Shown one piece after another: positions 14,995 through 23,255 of a stretch of DNA of 32,000 bases (within the stretch, counting starts at the first letter, position 1; every line of letters starts with the position of its first letter). Below the pieces are notes generated by a model. That model was not told where the DNA came from, did no database searches, and saw nothing but the letters and a program-made list of their open reading frames with translations. Source of the stretch: Pyrobaculum aerophilum str. IM2 (lineage in GTDB: Archaea; Thermoproteota; Thermoprotei; Thermoproteales; Thermoproteaceae); contig NC_003364.1 of assembly GCF_000007225.1 (NCBI RefSeq), positions 1,830,001-1,862,000 of the forward strand. Reading direction: 5' to 3'. The position numbers and the translations under genes are program-made.

Positions 14995-15294
14995 GTGGCG
15001 TCTCCACAGGAAAAACTTGAAAAATTATGGAGGGACATAAGGTGGGTAGTCTCCACGGCCAGTAGGCCAGACGACGCGGAATTTAAACTCGCGGCGAGAT
15101 TTCTCCTGTTGCTCACCTTTATCGCCGGCGCTTTCCAAATTGTATTCCATATAGCCGGCCTCTACTTAAACAGCGCTGTGTATAGAACAGAGGTTACCAC
15201 CCTAGGAGATCCCGTGAAAGAGACCGTGGCAACGCTCGCCTCTATTGTAGTTATATTCAGTGTACTAATATATTTGATGATAAAGCTGAGATAA
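14995..15294 (+). CDS. secE: Protein translocase subunit SecE (Sec61 gamma) with an extra C-terminal TM segment
   Basis: SRPDDAEFKLAARFLLLLTFIAGAFQIVFHIAG fits the archaeal SecE signature (KPxxxEF followed by a TM helix). Its position immediately upstream of spt5-rpl11 is the conserved one. Confidence 0.65.
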   Translation: MASPQEKLEKLWRDIRWVVSTASRPDDAEFKLAARFLLLLTFIAGAFQIVFHIAGLYLNSAVYRTEVTTLGDPVKETVATLASIVVIFSVLIYLMIKLR

Positions 15295-15295
15295 C

Positions 15296-15757
15296 ATGGC
15301 CCAAGAGAGGTGCCCCGTATACACTGTTAGCGTCGTCTCAAGGCAGGAGTACAACGTTGTTATTGTGCTTAAGCTACGCGCCGAATCTGCAAAAATACCC
15401 GTATACTCCATAGTCGTGCCGCCGGAGTCTTTCGGAGTGATGTACATTGAAGGCGAATCCCTCCCGGCAGTAAACCGCGCTGTCTACGGCGTTAAACACG
15501 TAAAGGGCGTCATGAGGGGAATTACAAACGTCGAAGAAGTGATGAGGATCCTCAGACCGACAAAGCCCGTTGTGGAAATAGACGTAAACGACGAAGTAGA
15601 GATCGTCGCAGACGTCTTAAAGGGGAGCAGGGCTAGGGTCACCTACGTAGACAAAGAGAAGGGGATTGTGAGAGTAGAACTACTTGACAGCGCCTTTCCC
15701 ATGCCGCTCGACCTAAAAATCAGCGAGGTGAAACTCGTTAAAAAGAGCTCTCAATAG
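15296..15757 (+). CDS. spt5: Transcription elongation factor Spt5 (NusG)
   Basis: An NGN domain is followed by a KOW motif (VNDEVEIVADVLKGSRARVTYVDKEKGIVRVEL). The secE-spt5-rpl11 order is conserved. Confidence 0.9.
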   Translation: MAQERCPVYTVSVVSRQEYNVVIVLKLRAESAKIPVYSIVVPPESFGVMYIEGESLPAVNRAVYGVKHVKGVMRGITNVEEVMRILRPTKPVVEIDVNDEVEIVADVLKGSRARVTYVDKEKGIVRVELLDSAFPMPLDLKISEVKLVKKSSQ

Positions 15758-15792
15758 GGTAAAACTTTTATACAAACCTCTTTACTGAGGCG

Positions 15793-16296
15793 ATGTCTAA
15801 GCGCGTTGTAACTGTGCCTTTACAGGGAGGCAAAGTCGCAGTAAACCCCCAGTTCCAAGACGCGTTGAAGCAAATAGGCCTTGATCCAAACGCCGTTGTT
15901 CAAAGAGTGCAGGAGGAGCTCAAGAAAGTGGGCAAGTACCCTGTACAGAAGGTTGAGGTTGAAGTGGTCAGCCCCTCTAAGTATGAGGTAAAAATTTACT
16001 TGCCCCCCATTGGGGATTTGCTTTTAAAGCTCTTCGGCAAGGACACGGGGGCTCACGACGCGAGAAATGAGGTAATTGGGAATCTCTCCTTTGCACAGTT
16101 AGTGGAGATTGCGCTGTTGAAAAAAGACGAGCTGAAGTCCAAGACTCTAAAATCGGCTGTAAAGCAACTTTTAAGCACGTGTAAGGCCATGGGCGTGACC
16201 GTAGATGGAAGAAAGGCGGAGGAGGTTTTGAGAGACGTGGACGGCGGGAAATATGACGAAATTATAAATAAGTTTGAAAAACAGTGGCAACAATGA
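15793..16296 (+). CDS. rpl11: 50S ribosomal protein L11 (uL11)
   Basis: The size and position match L11, between spt5 and rpl1 in the conserved cluster. The N-terminal region has the L11-like GGK...P.....AL...G pattern. Confidence 0.85.
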
Positions 16297-16961
16297 GCGC
16301 CGTAATTAACAAAGAAACGCTCCAAGCGAAAATAGCGGAGGCGTTAAAGGCGGGGAAGCCTAGGCGTTTTAAACAAAGCGTTGAGTTAATAGTAGTCTTA
16401 AAGGGAGTTGATCTGAGCAAGCCCGAGAACCGTATAAATCTCTTGGTGGAGCTTCCGCACCCGCCGAAGCCTAACAAAATCGCGGCTTTTGCCCACGGCG
16501 CGTTTGAGGTAAGCGCAAAAAACGCCGGGGTAGACAGCATAATAACAAGAGATCAAGTTGAGGGCTTGTCTGGCAACAAGAGGGCGATTAGAAAGCTGGC
16601 GAAGCAGTACGACTTCTTTATAGCGCCGCCGGATTTAATGCCTCTGCTCGGCAGAGTCGTAGGCCCCATTTTCGGGCCAAGGGGCAAGATGCCCGAGGTG
16701 GTCCCCCCAAATGTCGATGTTAAATCTGTGGTGGAGAGGCTGAGAAAGGCGGTGAGGGTCAGATTCAGGAATGAGCCAGTGGTGAAGGTTAGAATAGGCT
16801 CTGAGGGGCAGAGCCCGAAGGAAATTTTAGAAAACGCGCTAGTAGTGCTGGAGGAGGTGAACCGCAAGTTCCCCCTCAGGCAGTACTTAAAAGACTTGTA
16901 TTTTAAAAAGACAATGGGGCCCCCAGTTAAGGTTCGGGCTGTGGAGGCGCTGGTGAAATAG
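16293..16961 (+). CDS. rpl1: 50S ribosomal protein L1 (uL1). The ATG at 16293 overlaps the rpl11 stop as ATGA.
   Basis: [27 protein letters not shown] and [29 protein letters not shown] are typical L1 blocks. Confidence 0.9.
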
Positions 16962-17003
16962 ACCGCCTTAATTATTTAAATAGGTTTTATACTCAACGTC
17001 TTG

Positions 17004-18038
17004 ATGCTTGCCATAGGCAAGAGGAGGTATGTAAGAACAAGGCAGTACCCGGCGAGAAAAGTTAAGATTGTCAGCGAAGCGACGGAGTTGTTACAGAAGT
17101 ATCCCTACGTCTTCCTCTTCGACCTCCACGGCCTGTCCTCCAGAATTCTCCACGAGTATAGGTACAGGCTAAGGCGTTATGGCGTTATTAAAATTATCAA
17201 GCCCACTCTCTTTAAAATAGCGTTTACAAAAGTATATGGAGGAATCCCCGCGGAAATCGCCGAGAAGGTGAGGGGGGAGGTGGGGTTCTTTTTCACGTCG
17301 TTTAACCCCGCTGAGGTGATTAAAATTGTGGCTGAGAACAGCGTGAGGAGGGCGGCTCAGCCCGGCGACAAGGCGCCCTTTGATATAGTAGTGCCCGCCG
17401 GCCCTACAAACGCCTCTCCGGGCCCGATTATATCTAAATTCGGCAAGCTTAAGATACCGACTAGAGTGCAAGAGGGAAAGATTTGGATAGCTAAAGACAC
17501 TGTTGTGGCCAAGGCGGGGCAGGAAATTACGCCGGAAATGGCGGAGGTCTTGAGAGTTGTCGGCATTGAGCCCATATTTGAACAGCTGAGGCTCCTTGGC
17601 GTTATCTGGAGGGGCCAGAGATTTGTCGACATCTCTGAGCTGATAATAGATGTGAACAAATATAAAGAGTTATTTGAAACGGCTTCTGTATATGCGAGGA
17701 ACTTGGCGTTGAACATCGTCTATCCAACTAGAGAGGTGTTACAAGCGGTAATACCGGCTGCCCACATGAGGGCAGTCGCGCTGGCGGCTAAACTCGGCGT
17801 AGTAACTAGGGAGACTCTACCTGCGTTGTTAAGCAGGGCTGTGGCTGAGGCAAACGCGTTGGCCGCCGTAGTGGCGGCGAAGGCCCCCGACCTGGGCATT
17901 TCCGTCTCCCTCCCGCAGACAGCCGCGCCACAACAAACGCCCCAGCCAACTGAGGCGCCAAAAGAGGAGGCCCAGGAGGAGAAGAAGGAGGGGCCCAGCG
18001 AGGAGGAGATCGCAGGCTCCCTGGCCTCGCTCTTTTAA
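17004..18038 (+). CDS. rpl10: 50S ribosomal stalk protein P0 (uL10)
   Basis: The N-terminal L10 domain is present. The C-terminus has an Ala-rich hinge and the acidic tail EEKKEGPSEEEIAGSLASLF, typical of archaeal P0. Confidence 0.9.
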   Translation: MLAIGKRRYVRTRQYPARKVKIVSEATELLQKYPYVFLFDLHGLSSRILHEYRYRLRRYGVIKIIKPTLFKIAFTKVYGGIPAEIAEKVRGEVGFFFTSFNPAEVIKIVAENSVRRAAQPGDKAPFDIVVPAGPTNASPGPIISKFGKLKIPTRVQEGKIWIAKDTVVAKAGQEITPEMAEVLRVVGIEPIFEQLRLLGVIWRGQRFVDISELIIDVNKYKELFETASVYARNLALNIVYPTREVLQAVIPAAHMRAVALAAKLGVVTRETLPALLSRAVAEANALAAVVAAKAPDLGISVSLPQTAAPQQTPQPTEAPKEEAQEEKKEGPSEEEIAGSLASLF

Positions 18039-18053
18039 TTACAGCGCCCTCTC

Positions 18054-18998
18054 ATGGTTAAAATTTTCGTCCCAGCGGCGGTAAAACTTTTCGGCGAGCA
18101 CGCAGTGGTATACGGCAAGCCCGCCATATCAGCGGCTATAAACAAGGGCGTATATGTTGAGTGCGAGAAAAGCGACAAATTATCAATTGAGACCGCGGGT
18201 TATCCCTCAGCGCTGAGGTTCTACCCAGGGGAGGGGCGCGTAGAGGCAGTAGGGGCGGAGAGGTTTTTTGCGTATATCAACGCCGCCTTAAGGCTCGCCG
18301 AGGAGAAGTGGGGCGGCTTGGCGGCGAGGTTTTATATAAAAAGCGAATTGCCACCAGGCGCGGGGGCAGCTACTTCGGCTGCAGTTTCCATAGGGCTGTT
18401 GAAGGCCTACGCCTTATGCGCGGGAGGGGATGTGGAGGGGATTGAGCTGGCGAAGATGGGCCACCGGGTGGAGCTTGAGGTCCAGGGGATAGCGTCTCCC
18501 ATGGACTCAACTACCGTCACTCTTGGCGGGGTGTTAAAAATTAAGACAAACCCATTTAGCGTTGACAAGCTAAACGCGAATCTGCCGCCCTTTTACATCG
18601 CGTTTCTCCCACGTTTTGAGACCACGGGCGAGATCGTCCGGGGAGTTAAAGCGCTGTTAGAGAGGAGGCGCTCAGCGGCGTTTGTAATAGAGGCTATTGG
18701 GCGCGTGGTGGAGGAGGCTGAGCAGTGTCTTTTAAACAGAGATTTAGAATGCGTCGGCGAGTTAATGGGAATTAACAACTGGCTGTTAGGCGCGTTGGGC
18801 GTTGTGGACGAGAGGGCAATTAACTTGCTCAACGCGGCGAGGCCTTTTATATACGGGGGGAAAATCAGCGGGGCCGGCCGGGGCGGCGCTGTGATATTAT
18901 TGCCGAGGTCAGAAGACGCCTTGGAGAGAGTCCTCTCCGCCTCGGGCTACGTTTACCACAAGGTCACTATCTACGAGGGGGGCGTAACCGTATTATGA
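18054..18998 (+). CDS. mvk: Mevalonate kinase (GHMP kinase family)
   Basis: The N-terminal KLFGEHAVVYGKPAISAAI and the GHMP ATP motif PPGAGAATSAAVSIG are present, as is the C-terminal ISGAGRGGAV. Confidence 0.85.
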   Translation: MVKIFVPAAVKLFGEHAVVYGKPAISAAINKGVYVECEKSDKLSIETAGYPSALRFYPGEGRVEAVGAERFFAYINAALRLAEEKWGGLAARFYIKSELPPGAGAATSAAVSIGLLKAYALCAGGDVEGIELAKMGHRVELEVQGIASPMDSTTVTLGGVLKIKTNPFSVDKLNANLPPFYIAFLPRFETTGEIVRGVKALLERRRSAAFVIEAIGRVVEEAEQCLLNRDLECVGELMGINNWLLGALGVVDERAINLLNAARPFIYGGKISGAGRGGAVILLPRSEDALERVLSASGYVYHKVTIYEGGVTVL

Positions 18999-19228
18999 CA
19001 GAGCTCATAGGCCTTTTGGGGCTTTTTCTAATCGTGGCGGCTTGGGCAGTGAACATCGCCAGAAGAAGCCCCCCGCCTCCAATTGACTTAACGCTTTTGT
19101 ACTTCCTCGGGAGTATTGCGCTGACAGTATACGCAGTTTTGTTAAAGGATATTGTATTCACTGTGCTTAACGCCGTGTCGAGCGCACTGTCATTTATAAA
19201 TTTAATCAGAGCGTATCTTAAAAAATGA
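18995..19228 (+). CDS. Small membrane protein with three predicted TM helices (function unknown)
   Basis: 77 aa with three hydrophobic segments. The ATG overlaps the mvk stop as ATGA, consistent with translational coupling. Confidence 0.5.
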   Translation: MTELIGLLGLFLIVAAWAVNIARRSPPPPIDLTLLYFLGSIALTVYAVLLKDIVFTVLNAVSSALSFINLIRAYLKK

Positions 19229-19243
19229 CCTTTAGGAACCGAC

Positions 19244-20029
19244 ATGGCCCAGAGACCTAAGATAGGGCAGAGGGCTTACCACCTCCTCCTGGCCCAAGGG
19301 GAGATCCCGCGCTACGTGCTTCTGCCTGGAGACCCGGGGAGAGTTCCGCTAATAGCGAAACACTGGGACGAGGCCAGAGAGGTGGCCCGGAATAGGGAGT
19401 TTGTTACTTACGTGGGGAGGTATAAAGGCGTGTCCATCGGCGCTACGTCTACAGGCATAGGCTCGGGGTCTACTGCAATAGCCGTTGAGGAGCTTTTATA
19501 CGCAGGCGCCGACACTTTTATAAGAGTGGGGACTACAGGGGCTTTGTGGCGGCATATTAAACTAGGCGATTTAATTATCGGCGCGGCTGCTGTGAGGTGG
19601 GACGGCGCCTCTAGGTGGTACGCCCCGCCTGAGTACCCGGCAGTGGCCCACTGGGTGGTGGTAAACGCCCTTGTGAAAGCCGCCGAGTCTCTCGGCGTTA
19701 GACACCACGTCGGGATAGTGGCCTCCACAGACTCTTTTTACGTGGGGCAGGAGAGGCCGGGACACGGCGGATTCCTCCCTCCGTGGGCCAAGGGGCTGAT
19801 AGAGGCGCTAAGAGGGCTTATGGTGCTTTCATTCGAAATGGAGTCCGCAACGATTTTCACCTTGGCATCAATATACGGCGCTAGAGCCGGCGGCGTATAC
19901 GCGGTTATAGCCAACCGCGAAACTGACGAATTCGCGCCTGAGGTTGGTGTGGAGGAGGCAATAAAGGTAGCAAACGAGGCGGTGAAAATCCTGGCAGAGT
20001 ATGATAGTAAAGCTGATTTACATACGTGA
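19244..20029 (+). CDS. Nucleoside phosphorylase, PNP/UDP family 1 (uridine phosphorylase-like)
   Basis: PRYVLLPGDPGRVPLIA, SIGATSTGIGSGSTAIAVEEL, FIRVGTTGAL and SFEMESATIF are the conserved blocks of this family. Confidence 0.8.
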   Translation: MAQRPKIGQRAYHLLLAQGEIPRYVLLPGDPGRVPLIAKHWDEAREVARNREFVTYVGRYKGVSIGATSTGIGSGSTAIAVEELLYAGADTFIRVGTTGALWRHIKLGDLIIGAAAVRWDGASRWYAPPEYPAVAHWVVVNALVKAAESLGVRHHVGIVASTDSFYVGQERPGHGGFLPPWAKGLIEALRGLMVLSFEMESATIFTLASIYGARAGGVYAVIANRETDEFAPEVGVEEAIKVANEAVKILAEYDSKADLHT

Positions 20030-20030
20030 C

Positions 20031-20237
20031 GTGGCCATTATAAAACTGGGGCTGGACCCCTGCGCTGACGTATTTACCTTCAAAATCTCTGGGAGGGAGA
20101 TTGTGATTTGCGGCAAGACGCTGATCCTGTCTGATAGCCTTGAGAAATTTAAAAAGGGTCTCCTCATATTAGGGACCACGCCGTATTTCGTCGAATGTGA
20201 AAATGGCGAGTGTATAGCGGCGAGAGCTCAAATATAA
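20031..20237 (+). CDS. Hypothetical protein. The GTG at 20031 lies just after the phosphorylase stop; the track ATG at 20001 would overlap that gene by 29 nt.
   Basis: ORF only. I recognise no motif and there is no independent promoter signal. Confidence 0.3.
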   Translation: MAIIKLGLDPCADVFTFKISGREIVICGKTLILSDSLEKFKKGLLILGTTPYFVECENGECIAARAQI

Positions 20238-20259
20238 AAGTGGGGATTATCGCCACGTT

Positions 20260-20688
20260 ATGGAGCTGATCGTCGCCATTTACAACATTAGCTCCGTGCC
20301 AAAAATGTTGGAAATAGCTAAAATAACATACGGCTTCGGCGTACGGCGCCTCGCGCTTATAAAAGTCTTCGGAGCCGCGGCGCAACAGATAGGAGATCTC
20401 TTTAAGCTGGCTTTTAAAATGGGGGGCGAGGTTTTAGTTTTCAACGACATTAACGACGCCGTTGATGTATTGAGACCTGACGTTATATTCGCCTTGGGCA
20501 AGCCGGAAAAAGACGCCAGGCCTATTGAAAAAGTAGAGGGCCGCGTGATGATATTAGTACACGGGGCGGACCTGGCCTTCTCCCCCCGGGAGTTGCCCCA
20601 AAACGCCGTAATGAGCTACGCCGTGAAAAAAGACGTGGGCTCTACTGGGCATTTGGCAATAGCTCTTTACAAACTTCTTGAAAGTTAA
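20260..20688 (+). CDS. Conserved-looking archaeal hypothetical protein, possibly SPOUT-fold/DUF2122-like
   Basis: 142-aa ORF with the TATA-like AAATATAAAAG about 26 nt upstream. The alternating beta-alpha pattern and C-terminal GSTGHLAIALY recall small SPOUT-like proteins. This is from memory only. Confidence 0.5.
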   Translation: MELIVAIYNISSVPKMLEIAKITYGFGVRRLALIKVFGAAAQQIGDLFKLAFKMGGEVLVFNDINDAVDVLRPDVIFALGKPEKDARPIEKVEGRVMILVHGADLAFSPRELPQNAVMSYAVKKDVGSTGHLAIALYKLLES

Positions 20689-22232
20689 AGCACAGCGAAA
20701 GTCCCAATAATAATGCGACTGCCACGCAGGAATTTTGCAACATTCCTCAGAGTATTGTATAGAGATAAGGCGGCTGAGTAGCTAGTAGTCCCCTTGGCGT
20801 AATTCTCTGCCTTTATGTAGACCCTGCCCCATTTGTGTACTATCTCTACTTCGTGTATAATCCGATCCTCCGGCGCGTCTCCTCTCAACTCCACCTCCAC
20901 CCTCTCTGCCCCAGCGAGTTTATACGTCATCGATAAGTTAAGGCTCTGCGGGTACTTCCAGTACAGCTCCTCCGCCTCTCCGCTCTCCGCTACTCTAAAC
21001 GCCGCCTTGTGGACCACATGCTTAACGGCTCCTCTAGTCGAGGCAACGATATCAACTCCTCCCGCGGCGCCCGATATGGCGAATACATACCCCCTTCCGC
21101 ACTTTGGCAATTTAGACAACGCGCCCACGGAGGCCACTATTAAGTGTCTGCCCGCCTCGAGTATTTTACAGCCGTATTCTAACACCGCTTGGGCGCTGGC
21201 GGCCTCCACAATCACCTCAGAGAGGGCAATTAGCTCGTCTATTGTGCTGACGCAACGTATTCCGCGGCTTTTCTCGGCCTCTATACACTTCTCCTTGTCC
21301 GTGTCGTATACGGCGACAAATTCCAGATCTCTGTCGTCGCGCACCAGCTCCACAAGCGCTTTGCCCAGCCTGCCATATCCAATAAGCCCCACTTTGACTT
21401 TATCGTCGTAAACCTCAAGCGACATGTCTAAAGCTGGAGCGCTGTGTGTAAGCCTCCCCACTGAAATTACATCCACATAAGGCGCGTAGAGGTGTATGTT
21501 GTCCTCTGTGATATTGCCAGACGCCTCTAAAATAACCCTCCCCCTCAGCCCCCTTTCGGCCAATAGCTTTGCCGCCCTCTCCACCTCTTCCGGCGTCATA
21601 TTGTCAAGCATAATTATGTCAAAGCCCATTTCCGCGGCTCTCACCGCGTCTTCAGCTGTATTTACCTCCACTTCAGCCTTGTGGACAAAGGGCCTTTTTG
21701 ACGACGCCATATGCTCAAGCGGTATAAACTTTCTGTGATTGTCTTTAAACAACGTGCTGTCGCTGAGGGAAAAACGATGCGGATCCCCGCCGCCAATCCA
21801 CACGGCCTTTTTCTCAATATACCTAAGAAAAGGCAACGTCTTCCTCGTCGCCGCCACTATTACCCGCGGGTTTGCCGACTTAGCCTTGGCGACAAGCTTC
21901 CGCGTGTATGTGGCTATGCCGGAAGCGTGCATAAGCAAATTTAAAAGCACGCGCTCTACTTTCAAAGCCTCAGAGGCCTCTCCCCTAAAGCACAGAATCT
22001 TAACACCGGGCTTAATCTCCGCGCCTTCAGGCAGGCGCAGAGTGATTTGAAATCCCAACAGCTTCAAAAACTCCGCGGCCTCATCCACCCCAGCCGCAAC
22101 TCCCTCTGCCTTGGCCACTACACACGCCTCTATTGTTTTCCCCGGCAACGCGGCAGAGGCCCAGTCTATAAACGGCAGATCTTTGCGCAACTCGTCGAGG
22201 AGCTCGAATGCAAATAGCCTGGCCTCGATCAT
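20685..22232 (-). CDS. nadC: Fusion protein: nicotinate-nucleotide (quinolinate) phosphoribosyltransferase NadC (N-terminal) plus L-aspartate dehydrogenase NadX (C-terminal)
   Basis: Residues 1 to about 276 carry QPRTase blocks (LLNLLMHASGIATYT, ATRKTLPFLRYIEKKAVWIGGGDPHRFSLSD, IMLDNM, LEASGNI). Residues from about 280 to 515 carry a Rossmann GLIGYGRLG motif and the ISGAAGGVD block typical of aspartate dehydrogenase. The ORF is uninterrupted. Its start overlaps the nadA stop as ATGA. Confidence 0.85.
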   Translation of the reverse strand: MIEARLFAFELLDELRKDLPFIDWASAALPGKTIEACVVAKAEGVAAGVDEAAEFLKLLGFQITLRLPEGAEIKPGVKILCFRGEASEALKVERVLLNLLMHASGIATYTRKLVAKAKSANPRVIVAATRKTLPFLRYIEKKAVWIGGGDPHRFSLSDSTLFKDNHRKFIPLEHMASSKRPFVHKAEVEVNTAEDAVRAAEMGFDIIMLDNMTPEEVERAAKLLAERGLRGRVILEASGNITEDNIHLYAPYVDVISVGRLTHSAPALDMSLEVYDDKVKVGLIGYGRLGKALVELVRDDRDLEFVAVYDTDKEKCIEAEKSRGIRCVSTIDELIALSEVIVEAASAQAVLEYGCKILEAGRHLIVASVGALSKLPKCGRGYVFAISGAAGGVDIVASTRGAVKHVVHKAAFRVAESGEAEELYWKYPQSLNLSMTYKLAGAERVEVELRGDAPEDRIIHEVEIVHKWGRVYIKAENYAKGTTSYSAALSLYNTLRNVAKFLRGSRIIIGTFAVL

Positions 22233-23152
22233 GCAAATTCAAACATCCTCTCAATGGCCAGCCGCGCCTTCTTTGCAATATCCTCGGGGACAACTACTCT
22301 ATAAATCTCCTCTTTAAGAGAGCGGTGCACTTTGTCTAAAGTTATCAACTTCATATACTCGCATATGGCGTCTTCGGCCGCGGGTATATATTCCTTGCCC
22401 GGCGCCTCCCTCTCAAGCCGGTCTATTATGCCGACTTCTGTCGCTATTATGAACCTCCTTGCGGGCGACTGCTTTACGTACTTGACCATGCCCTCTGTGG
22501 AGAGGAATTTTGGGGAGAGCCCCATTTTGGGCAGTTCTAGTAGACACGCAGTTCCGCACCCGCACTCCGGGTGTATTAACACCTCGGCGTCTCTGTACAA
22601 TTTAATTTTCGCCGTAATTTTAGGAGAGGTGATCTTGGCGTGTACGTGACACTCGCCGTCCCAAATGTCTATTTCTCTGCCCGTCTTTGCCTTTATATAA
22701 AGGCCGAGGTATTTGTCCGGCAAGAAGAGCACCGGCCTATCGCTGGGTATTGCCTCTATTATTTTCAAACAATTGGCTGAGGTGCAGACGTAATCGGACA
22801 CCGCCTTTACCTCTGCATATGTGTTTATGTACGCGACTACAACGCCGTTGGGATGCCTTCTTCTCCACTCCAACACGTCAGCCGCAGAGACGGAAGACGC
22901 CAGGCTACACCCGGCGCCGGGGTCTGGGATTAACACTTTTTTATCCGGGTTTAAAATGGCGGCTGTCTCCGCCATGAAATACACGCCGGCGAAAACTATA
23001 ATGTCTGCTTTAGTCCGAGCGGCTTCCATGGACAAATTAAGAGAGTCGCCGATAAAGTCGGCCACATCCTTCACCTCGGGCAGTTGATAATTGTGCGCGA
23101 GTATTACTGCGTTTTTCTCCCTCTTCAGCCTTAACACCTCTTCCTTGAGCAT
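22229..23152 (-). CDS. nadA: Quinolinate synthase NadA
   Basis: ILAHNYQ, FMAETAAILNP, GCSLA, YINT and HPECGC are hallmark NadA blocks. Confidence 0.92.
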   Translation of the reverse strand: MLKEEVLRLKREKNAVILAHNYQLPEVKDVADFIGDSLNLSMEAARTKADIIVFAGVYFMAETAAILNPDKKVLIPDPGAGCSLASSVSAADVLEWRRRHPNGVVVAYINTYAEVKAVSDYVCTSANCLKIIEAIPSDRPVLFLPDKYLGLYIKAKTGREIDIWDGECHVHAKITSPKITAKIKLYRDAEVLIHPECGCGTACLLELPKMGLSPKFLSTEGMVKYVKQSPARRFIIATEVGIIDRLEREAPGKEYIPAAEDAICEYMKLITLDKVHRSLKEEIYRVVVPEDIAKKARLAIERMFEFA

Positions 23153-23171
23153 GGCGGATTAATACGGCGCT

Positions 23172-23186
23172 CATAAATCTTTTATC
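23172..23186 (-). promoter_or_regulatory. TATA-like region for nadA
   Basis: The minus strand reads GATAAAAGATTTATG, centred about 26 nt upstream of the ATG at 23152. Confidence 0.4.
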
Positions 23187-23217
23187 TATGTCAAAAATTC
23201 TTACTAGATGCCCGGAA

Positions 23218-23236
23218 TGTGAAGCTAATTGTGAAG
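23218..23236. repeat. Direct repeat TGTGAAG-n5-TGTGAAG upstream of the nadA promoter
   Basis: The two 7-mers at 23218-23224 and 23230-23236 were read directly. They have a 12-bp period and lie in the 103-bp spacer between the wHTH-containing gene and nadA. Confidence 0.3.
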
Positions 23237-23255
23237 AATATACATAAATAATTAG

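Noticed and set aside
20833-21411. 192-aa plus-strand ORF, with other plus-strand ORFs across 21496-22317
   Set aside because: They are antisense to the nadC-nadX fusion, which has clear enzyme motifs. The Ser/Leu/Thr/Ala-rich translations are typical of shadow ORFs.
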